Positions 28,313 through 36,229 of a stretch of 64,000 nt of DNA are shown in pieces. The position numbers were made by a program, and so were the translations under genes. Source of the stretch: an uncultured Syntrophaceae bacterium (GTDB lineage: Bacteria; Desulfobacterota; Syntrophia; Syntrophales; UBA6807); assembly GCA_964523565.1 (NCBI GenBank), contig CAZGAK010000003.1:11700-75699 (forward strand), in the 5' to 3' direction. Each line of letters opens with the position of its first letter. Within the stretch, counting starts at the first letter, position 1. The notes under the pieces are model-generated. The model ran no database searches. It worked only from the letters and a program-made list of their open reading frames with translations, and was not told the origin of the DNA.

Positions 28313-31300
28313 AACTTCCGAAAACACCCTTGAACAAACCACCCTCGACTGGTTTGAATCCCTTGGATGGCAAACCGCTTTCGGTCCCAACATCAGTCCG
28401 GACGGCCTTTCCTGTGAGCGGAAGGATTATGATCATGTCGTACTGGAAGACCGACTGCGAACCACACTCCATGATATTAATCCGAATATACCGTACAGTG
28501 CGCTTGATGATGCCCTTCGTAAAATCACACGCACCGAAAGTCCCAGCCTGATTGAAAACAACCGGCGGTTTCACCGGTTTCTGACCGACGGGGTGGACGT
28601 TTCCTATATGGACGATGGCCGCGAGGTCTTCGATAAAGTATGGCTTCTCGATTTAGCGGATCTGGAAAATAACGACTGGCTTGTGGTCAACCAGTTTACC
28701 GTGGTTGAGAATCGAATAAACCGCAGGCCCGATCTGGTGGTCTTTGTTAATGGGCTACCCCTGGCGGTGGTGGAATTGAAAAATCCCGCCGACGAAAAGG
28801 CGACAATCCGGCAGGCCTTTAACCAGTTCCAGACGTATAAGCAGGATATACCCACACTTTTTGCGTACAACGAACTCTTAATCGTCTCCGACGGTCTTGA
28901 GGCGCGGTGCGGCTCCATTACCAGCGGCTGGGACCGCTTCATGCCCTGGCGCACCGTTGACGGTACGGAAGTTGTTCCGAAGGGCTTGGTAGAACTGGAA
29001 GTGCTTATCAAGGGAATTTTTGACAAGCGTCGTCTCCTTGACCTGCTCCTCAACTTTATCGTCTTTGAAGACGATGGGAGTGTTATCGTTAAAAAAGTTG
29101 CCGCCTATCACCAATATCATGCCGTCAACAAGGCCGTGGAATGCACCTTGTCGGCCTGTGGTATTACAGCCAAATCAGGACAATTATATGCCGATTTTCC
29201 CGTCCACGATGAATTGAATCCTTTTGAGATATAGGAAGCTGCCGCGCCGGGCTGGACGACATCAACTCACTTCGGCGGCCGCCGCATCGGTGTCATATGG
29301 CATACTCAGGGAAGCGGCAAAAGTCTTTCCATGGCCTTTCTTGCCGGCAAAGTCATCCGTCATCCGGCAATGAAAAACCCGACCATCGTCGTCATCACCG
29401 ACCGCAACGATCTGGACGAGCAGCTCTTCGGGACCTTTTCCCGGTGCAGGGATCTCATGCGTCAGACACCAGTACAGGCTGAATCCAGACCCCATCTTCG
29501 GACACTTTTGAACATTCCCGCCGGAGGTGTTGTGTTCACCACGATTCAGAAGTTCATGCCCGAAGAGAAAGGGGATCGGTATCCGAAGTTATCCGATCGA
29601 GAGAATATCGTGGTAATTGCCGATGAAGCCCACCGCAGCCAGTATGACTTTATCGACGGATATGCCCGCCACATGCACGACGCCTTGCCCAAGGCATCAT
29701 TCATCGGCTTTACCGCCACGCCGATTGAACGGGATGACCGGAGCACGCCTGCGGTTTTCGGTGATTACATAGATACCTACGATATGCTTCGGTCCATTGA
29801 AGACAAGGCAACTGTGCCCATCTATTACGAAGGAAGGCTTGCAAAAACAGAACTCGATAAGGATGAGTGGCCTGCAATCGATCCGGAATTTGAAGAAATT
29901 ACCGAGGGAGAAGAAGAAACGGCAAAACAGCGTCTGCGCACCAAGTGGGCTGCCCTTGAGGCAATGGTGGGAACGGAAAAACGGATTGCCCTTGTGGCGG
30001 AAGACCTCGTGAGACATGCCGAGGAGCGGCAGAGCGTCATGAAGGGAAAGGTGCTCATCGTATGCATGAGCCGCCGCATCTGTGTAGATATGTATAACGC
30101 GATTGTAAAGTTACGACCTGAATGGCACGGTGGTGACGACGATAAAGGAATTGTCAAAATTGTCATGTCGGGCGCGGCATCGGATAAGCTCGAATGGCAA
30201 CCTCATATTCGCAATAAGGCCCGGCGTGAAACATTGGCCAAGCGGTTTAAAAATGCTGAAGACCATCTTGCTGTGGTTATTGTCCGCGACATGTGGCTTA
30301 CGGGATTTGACTGTCCGTCCATGCATACCATGTATGTGGATAAGCCGATGCGGGGGCATGGATTAATGCAGGCAATCGCGCGGGTCAATCGTGTTTTTAA
30401 AGATAAACCGGGCGGGTTGGTGGTCGACTATATCGGACTTGCCTATCAACTGAAGCGTGCATTGGCCGATTATACTGAAGCTGGCGGTCGTGGAAAAGCG
30501 ACATTTGATCAGGAAGAGGCCGTCGCTGTGATGCTTGAGAAATATGATATTGTGGTCACGATGTACCATGGTTTTGACTATATATCGCTCATTAATGCAA
30601 CACCGGCGGAACGGCTTTCCGGCATTGCTGCGGCCATGGAACATATTTTTCAAATCGAAGAAGGCAAGACGCGCTATCTCGAATCGGTGACGGCGTTATC
30701 GAAGGCCTTTGCACTTGCTGTTCCCCATGAAAAGGCTCTTAAAATCCGGGATGAGGTTGGATTTTTTCAGGAAGTGCGAAGCGCCTTGGCAAAAGCAACC
30801 GTCGAGGGTGAAGGTAAAACGCAGGAAGAAATGGATACGGCAATCCAACAGTTAGTGTCACGGGCTGTCATTTCCGATGAAGTTGTCGATATCTTTGCAT
30901 CGGTGGGACTGAAAAAGCCTGACATTTCTATTCTATCTGATGAATTTCTTGAAGAAGTCAGACAACTGCCTCATAAAAATCTGGCCGTGGAAGTGTTGAG
31001 GAAACTTCTCAATGACGAAATTAAAGCCCGGTCAAGGAAGAACGTTGTTCAAGCACGTTCATTTTCCGAGATGCTTGAGGAAGCGATTATTAAGTATCAG
31101 AATAGGGCCATAGAGGCGGCGCAGGTCATCGAAGAATTAATAACCCTTGCCAGAGAGATGCGCAAGGCGCAAAAACGCGGCGAAGAACTTAACCTCAATG
31201 AAGACGAAATCGCCTTTTACGATGCACTGGGCGTCAATGACAGCGCAGTAAAGATATTAGGTGATGATATCCTAAAGACGATTGCCCACGAATTAGTGAC

Positions 31301-31481
31301 GGCCGTTCGCAGAAATGTCTCCGTTGACTGGACAGTACGAGAAAATGCGAGGGCACAGATTCGGGTAATCGTCAGACGCATTTTGAGAAAATACGGCTAT
31401 CCGCCCGATAAGCAGGAAAAGGCAACACAGACTGTATTGGAGCAGGCAGAAGTTTTGTGCAAGGAATGGGTGACCACATAA
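28305..31481 (+). pseudogene. hsdR: type I restriction endonuclease subunit R, interrupted by a single in-frame TAG at 29232-29234
   Basis: HsdR_N nuclease motif (PDLVVFVNGLPLAVVELKNP). The same frame continues after the TAG into [22 protein letters not shown] (Walker A), [10 protein letters not shown] (DEAH) and a DUF3387-like tail ([22 protein letters not shown]). ORFs 28209..29234 and 29331..31481 share one frame. Confidence 0.9.
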
Positions 31482-31820
31482 TGAAGAGGCAAATATCCGT
31501 TCAAATTACGATGGAGTTATCAATGTCCGACAGAGATGCGTTGGTATTCAGGCAATAAATTAAAGTGATGAGAACAGGATAAGAAATAGAAGGGAGGTTA
31601 TGATGACAAAAAATAATACAAAGAATTTGAAAGACAAGACTAAAAAGGCCCTTCACAGATTGAGAACAACTAATCATATTGAAATGTCTAATAGATGATT
31701 TTGTGCAGCCACATTACTGGGATTCTATTGATTATATGCGTCATAGATATGGGGGGATTTAGGATTGATAGATTGCAGTAAAACGTCTGTATTGACTTTT
31801 TGAAAATATCGATAGGGGAA

Positions 31821-32441
31821 ATGATATCTGTGGGACGTCCGAGCCTATGTGATCCTCATAATATTAAGCTTCGTAACATAATAGACATGGGATTAACCTT
31901 CTCTGCCATGATACGACTATTTAAAAAAGAAACAAAAGGAAAGCTTCATGAAAGAATCATGGAGGACGCGAAGAAGATCTTCGATGCGAAATCAATAGAG
32001 GACTTCAATAGCATTCATTCCATTTTTTGTAAGTGGGGTGTTGAGAATGTTCTACTAGCCGAAAGAAAGAAGAATGAAAAAGTTATAAAGAAAGAAGGCC
32101 CTGCAAGCTATGGTCAAATTGCCAAGACATTTGATGTAGTCATGAAAGTTGTTATTTATTATTCACGATTGCCAGATTTTGAGACTTCAGAAAAAATATT
32201 GCCATGGTTGAATCCTGCAGTTGACACTCAAATGATGAAAATGCTTAAGAAGCATTATAAAAAACAAAATCCTCTGTTGATAAAGAACATTTCTCCTTGG
32301 CCCATAACTGTGGAAGAAGTATGCGAAGTAAAGTATCAGCAAATTCAGGATCTTGTTCGCAAATTCATTAACGATGAGCATAATGGGGATATCATACCAG
32401 TCCAATTTGATGATATTTATTGGAATCAGTTGAATCGTTAA
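31821..32441 (+). CDS. hypothetical protein (206 aa, Lys-rich, AT-rich codons)
   Basis: ORF 31800..32441; ATG at 31821 follows AGGGGAA. No family recognised. Confidence 0.5.
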   Translation: MISVGRPSLCDPHNIKLRNIIDMGLTFSAMIRLFKKETKGKLHERIMEDAKKIFDAKSIEDFNSIHSIFCKWGVENVLLAERKKNEKVIKKEGPASYGQIAKTFDVVMKVVIYYSRLPDFETSEKILPWLNPAVDTQMMKMLKKHYKKQNPLLIKNISPWPITVEEVCEVKYQQIQDLVRKFINDEHNGDIIPVQFDDIYWNQLNR

Positions 32442-32495
32442 ATCAGTCTTATATTTACTGCCCCAGGTCTTTTGAACAGTTCATAAAACCGGATC

Positions 32496-32726
32496 ATGAA
32501 GACCTGCAAAAGATGTTTCAGGGAATTTGATAAAGAAGATGTCCTGGATGTCAGCCCTGCAATGGAGTTGGCGGATTATTTGGATTCCCGTTTCCACGGG
32601 AATGACAAAGAGGATCGCGGGAATGACAGAGGGGAAACGGATATTGGTATTGAGGATATCAATGTCCTGTGTCCTCTATGCAGGGAGGAGGTTGGAGTAA
32701 TGAACCTGCTGGGGTTTGGGGAGTAG
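32496..32726 (+). CDS. hypothetical small CxxC...CxxC protein carrying a REP-derived middle segment
   Basis: CKRC at the N terminus and CPLC near the C terminus. The central DSRFHGNDKEDRGNDRG is a translation of the REP palindrome. Confidence 0.3.
   Translation: MKTCKRCFREFDKEDVLDVSPAMELADYLDSRFHGNDKEDRGNDRGETDIGIEDINVLCPLCREEVGVMNLLGFGE
32582..32629. repeat. REP-like palindrome (GGATTCCCG-N-CGGGAATGACA) plus a partial second copy
   Basis: ggattcccgtttccacgggaatgaca...atcgcgggaatgacag. Compare 35527-35555 (ggattcccgctttcgcgggaatgaca). Confidence 0.7.
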
Positions 32727-32755
32727 GGTAGGGAAGATTGCCACGTCGCCCGCCT

Positions 32756-32842
32756 GTGCTAAAAAGGGAACGTTTCTCTTTTTAGCACGGACAAACAAGT
32801 TTGTCCATGGCACCCGCCGTTCTGGTAAGGAAACGGCGGGTG
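32756..32842 (+). other. three consecutive perfect inverted repeats (11-, 8- and 11-bp arms): structured RNA or operator candidate
   Basis: gtgctaaaaag/ctttttagcac, ggacaaac/gtttgtcc and cacccgccgtt/aacggcgggtg, all verified by hand. TATAAT at 32844-32849 follows directly. Confidence 0.6.
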
Positions 32843-33205
32843 GTATAATTATGGCAAAAGAGAAAATTACAAGAAGGCAAAAAGACGTATCCCGGCTGCT
32901 GAGAGAGAAGAAGCTTGAAGAAAAAGCAGCACATCAACTCTTTAGCTGTTTGAAAAAGTGATAATTGTTGTGAAAATTCCCCTTTATGAAAGTTCGGCTA
33001 ATAATTTCCTCGCTCCGCTACGCAAAATGTCTGTAATGGGATCATCAACAAAAGTCTCTGGCTTTTTCAGTTCAATTACGCTATCTGTATGTGTATCATT
33101 TCTTTTTGATGTTTAAAAGTGCCCGGGGATTTATTCGCATGGCCCCGGAAGGATACACCACCTAATATCTCAAACACAACTTTTGGTTATATCTCCAGAG
33201 AACAT

Positions 33206-33466
33206 ATGAAAACTGTCAAATACAACAAATACTTGCAGGAAACATCAAAGAATTACAGGTATATAAGGTTCGGCAAACTTGATCATACAGAAGAAAAGAA
33301 AAGGGAGGACATAGACTATACCCTGAAAGATGCCCTGACAATTATAAAACCCTATGTCAAGGTCAGGCTGAACGAACAGTTCAAGGTCGTCATACCGATC
33401 GCGCTATACCTCCTGTTGTTTCAGCTCGTTGTAATGAAGCAGACTGTTACGGGAGGACAGGAGTGA
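33206..33466 (+). pseudogene. possible truncated DUF1538-like membrane protein (N-terminal part only)
   Basis: VIPIALYLLLFQLVVMKQ resembles, from memory, the N-terminal motif of DUF1538 proteins. The ORF stops after the first TM helix and overlaps the GTG of the next gene. Confidence 0.35.
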
Positions 33467-34476
33467 GCGACGATTTGAATTTCAAGAGGAAGTTCCTCGT
33501 ATCTTTTTGTTTGGCCTTTGCGGTGCTGAGTATTGGCTCTGTTGGGTTCTGGCTCGTGGGTGGTGGGAAATATACCCTGTTTGACTGCGTATATATGACC
33601 GTTATCACTGTCTCCACCGTGGGCTACGGAGAGGTGATTGATCTTACGGATAATCCCGGAGGCAGGGCGTTCGCCATGTTCATGATCTTCGCTGGCATGG
33701 GTATAATCGTCTACTTTGTCTCAAACGTCACGGCCTTCTTTGTTGACGTGGATTTGAAGGAGAAGTTCTGGAGGAAGAGAATGAAGAAGCTGATACAGGA
33801 GATGAAGGATCACTATATAGTCTGCGGCACAGGCACCACGGGTATGCACGTGGTGGAGGAGTTCCATCGTACGGGGCGGCCAGTTGTGGCAGTGGATATA
33901 GATGCACAGAAGATGGATATGCTTAGGGAGCGTTATGAGAATGTGGGCCTTATCGTGGGCGATGCCTCCGAGAACGACATTCTGGCAGAGGCCGGCATTG
34001 AGCAGGCCAGCGGTGTGGTCGTTGCCACGACCAGCGACAAGGACAATCTCCTTATCACCGTGTCGGCTCGCCAGTTGAACCCCTCAGTGCGTATCGTTGC
34101 TCGCTGTAGCGACATTAAGTATATGGAGAAGCTCCGTCGCTCTGGTGCTGATACGGTGGTTTCGTCCAACTTTATAGGTGGTATGCGCCTGGCCTCTGAG
34201 ATGGTACGTCCCAAGGTCACTACCTTTCTTGACCGTATGCTCCGTGACCAGGATAAAACGCTTCGTGTCGAGGAGATATCGCTGCCGGAGGGATCTCCGC
34301 TTACGGGGCTGACATTGTCCGCCTTCCGAAAGCATGTTCTGGTGGTGGCTGTATACGCCATAGATGAGCAGTACGTGTTTAACCCACAAGATGATTATGT
34401 CGTGAAGGCTGGAGATACCGTGATTTTTATAGGCTCGCCTGAGGACAGGCAGCGGCTTTTGAGTTCTATGAATTGA
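33463..34476 (+). CDS. two-TM potassium channel with RCK (TrkA-N/TrkA-C) domains
   Basis: Selectivity filter TVSTVGYGE, Rossmann motif IVCGTGTTGMHV, and a TrkA-C-like tail. Confidence 0.88.
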   Translation: MSDDLNFKRKFLVSFCLAFAVLSIGSVGFWLVGGGKYTLFDCVYMTVITVSTVGYGEVIDLTDNPGGRAFAMFMIFAGMGIIVYFVSNVTAFFVDVDLKEKFWRKRMKKLIQEMKDHYIVCGTGTTGMHVVEEFHRTGRPVVAVDIDAQKMDMLRERYENVGLIVGDASENDILAEAGIEQASGVVVATTSDKDNLLITVSARQLNPSVRIVARCSDIKYMEKLRRSGADTVVSSNFIGGMRLASEMVRPKVTTFLDRMLRDQDKTLRVEEISLPEGSPLTGLTLSAFRKHVLVVAVYAIDEQYVFNPQDDYVVKAGDTVIFIGSPEDRQRLLSSMN

Positions 34477-34638
34477 TAGAAATCGCCTTGGCGTCGCGAT
34501 CGAATCGGAAAAAGAAGTCATAAACATCATGGTTTCCTCCGAGATGACAGACATGGTGTTCGAGGCATTATATCTGGCAGGAAAACTCGATACTCCCGGC
34601 ATGGGAATAATATTCGTCGTGCTGGTCCTCCCGGTCTC

Positions 34639-34868
34639 ATGATCAGCAGAAGTACGGATGGAGAGTTCATTGCCGGAATAGCAAACAGGACGGGGTGGTA
34701 CACCATGCGCGGCTCTTCATCAAAAGGTGGTCGCTCGGCGCTAAGCGGAATGATTCTCAAGTTAAAGGAAACGGGACTTGCAGCGCATATCGTAGACGGT
34801 CCGAGAGGGCCCGCGGGGGTTGTAAAACCCGGGGCGGTTCGTCTGGCATCCGCCGCGAATACGGCCAC
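34639..34868 (+). pseudogene. DUF374-like (lysophospholipid acyltransferase-like) gene fragment, 3' end replaced by a MITE-A half copy
   Basis: ISRSTDGEFIAGIANRTGWYTMRGSSSKGGRSAL...HIVDGPRGPAGVVKPGAVRLA fits my memory of DUF374. The upstream frame lacks a credible N terminus and the C terminus reads into the MITE. Confidence 0.45.
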
Positions 34869-34939
34869 GGATATTTCGAGGATTAAAATTTGAGCCTGAC
34901 GCAGAAATTGGGCAAAAGGGGACGTTATGCAAAGGTCTC
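34869..34939 (+). mobile_element. MITE-A half copy (right half only)
   Basis: ggatatttcgaggattaaaatttgagcctgacgcagaaattgggcaaaaggggacgttatgcaaaggtctc aligns to 15455-15525. Confidence 0.8.
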
Positions 34940-35039
34940 AAAGAATGCATTGCATTTGAATCGGTATGGGTTCGGTGTAGCCGAGAGCCTCGATACCGGA
35001 TTCGATATGTGGGTGCAGATTAAACGATTTGAAATTCAT
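34938..35039 (-). pseudogene. DEAD-box RNA helicase N-terminal stub (33 codons) ending at the MITE-A terminus
   Basis: MNFKSFNLHPHIESGIEALGYTEPIPIQMQCIL* carries the Q-motif region (GYxxPTPIQ). The stop is created at the MITE boundary. Confidence 0.55.
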
Positions 35040-35056
35040 TAATTGTTTCTTGCTGT

Positions 35057-35221
35057 TCAACTGTTTGATGCCCCTTCTGTTTGATCCGATACCCGGGTCT
35101 CGTCGGATTCCTCTGTTTTATTCTTCTTGCTCTGTCGTCTCTCCATTTTTTCCATTGCTTTTCGCTTGCGCTCGAGTTCTTTTTGCCGCTTCATAAACGT
35201 ATTTTGGCTTTTCTTTGCCAT
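35057..35221 (-). CDS. small basic hypothetical protein (54 aa)
   Basis: GGAGGA lies 5 nt upstream of the ATG at 35221. Product: MAKKSQNTFMKRQKELERKRKAMEKMERRQSKKNKTEESDETRVSDQTEGASNS. Below the ORF-track length cut-off. Confidence 0.45.
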   Translation of the reverse strand: MAKKSQNTFMKRQKELERKRKAMEKMERRQSKKNKTEESDETRVSDQTEGASNS

Positions 35222-35452
35222 ATTCCTCCTGTTTTCATCCGGACTGGCCCTAAAAAAATCCCCGGAAGCCTTTCACGGGCTCTGGGGACATGGACCAAAA
35301 CCAATTTTATAAGTGCTGAGAATATAAGCTTGTCCGGCGATTATGTCAAGGATTAATCAGGTCGGGTATTTTGAATGAATAAAAAGGGTAGAATTTGAAG
35401 GCCCAATCTTTTTCTTTAACCGTATTCATTTATTCATAACAAAATTGACAAG

Positions 35453-35593
35453 TTCGTAAAAAGTCGGAGTTTTTGCCGTTTTATCATTCCCGACCTGATC
35501 GGGAATCTATAACTGCTTGTAATTACTGGATTCCCGCTTTCGCGGGAATGACATATTAGCGAGTTTTTGACTTTTTACGAAACCATCAAAATT
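35453..35593. repeat. composite repeat cluster: TTCGTAAAAAGTC arm, two REP palindromes, GACTTTTTACGAA..CATCAAAATT arm
   Basis: ttcgtaaaaagtcgg...tcattcccgacctgatcgggaatc...ggattcccgctttcgcgggaatgaca...tttttgactttttacgaaaccatcaaaatt. Confidence 0.75.
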
Positions 35594-35726
35594 AATTTGA
35601 AAGAAACGGGAAACCGCTATATCGGTATTCTTGAACGAAAAACAGTCAAATGACATATTCAGCTGTTGAATCTTGCGATAGGACCGTTTCTTAATGACGT
35701 CTCATTTACCAGCGGTGATTGCAAAA

Positions 35727-35942
35727 TTATCGTCTTCCGTGTACCGCAGCATCGGCAATTTGACCTGATCTTTTTTTCGCGTCTGAGTCGATGTGACATT
35801 TTTTATATTTCTTGCCGCTGCCACACCAGCAGAGATCATTTCTGCCGAGTTTGAAATCTTCGCGGGAATTCCGGGGGGAATTCCGGGGGGGAATTCCGGG
35901 GGAATTCCGGGGGGGAATTCCGGGGGAATTCCGGGGACGCAA
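35727..35942 (-). pseudogene. SEC-C motif ORF fragment (no ATG start; N terminus is a translated tandem repeat)
   Basis: [16 protein letters not shown] is a SEC-C metal-binding motif. The ORF begins at TTG inside the GGAATTCC(G)n array. Confidence 0.3.
35864..35936. repeat. tandem array of six AATTCC cores separated by G runs of 6, 7, 5, 7 and 5 (24-bp higher-order unit)
   Basis: gggaattccggggggaattccgggggggaattccgggggaattccgggggggaattccgggggaattccgggg, counted base by base. Confidence 0.9.
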
Positions 35943-36004
35943 TACTTAAATAATGTGAGTGAATATTTCAAGCAACAAGGAATGCTGATATTGAAGGAAT
36001 GGTA

Positions 36005-36146
36005 ATGAAGAAAAAGGAATTACAAGAACTTATCAAACAAGGCGAGGGTTATTTTGTTGAGTTCAAAAAGCAGGTGGGGGAAAGTCTCGACAGAGAAATG
36101 GTGGTGTTGAAGTCTATGATGACCGCGTTGAAATAACAAATCCGGC
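36005..36146 (+). pseudogene. internally deleted AlbA_2/HATPase_c_4-type ATP-binding regulator remnant
   Basis: MKKKELQELIKQGEGYFVEFKKQ is an AlbA_2-type N terminus. It joins out of frame to GGVEVYDDRVEITNPA, a HATPase_c_4-type C-terminal motif. Confidence 0.45.
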
Positions 36147-36229
36147 ACAATGGGTCATTTTTCGGTTGCCATTTCCATCAAATCTTTATTCTTTTGTCCG
36201 AAACGCCTATATTTGAATCAGAATATTTC

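Noticed and set aside
29232-29234. TAG in hsdR read as pyrrolysine or programmed read-through
   Set aside because: The window contains no pyl genes and I see no PYLIS-like or obvious read-through context. The TAG lies in a variable linker. A nonsense mutation or sequencing variant is the simpler reading. It remains a finding, but not as recoding.
31481-31698. Two tiny ORFs after hsdR (25 codons with a TAATG overlap; 32 codons with a GGGAGG RBS)
   Set aside because: They are too short to support as features from sequence alone. They are mentioned in the island-tail finding as candidates only.
35864-35936. Possible CRISPR array
   Set aside because: The units are 11-13 bp with no unique spacers, and no cas genes are present. 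It is a simple tandem repeat.
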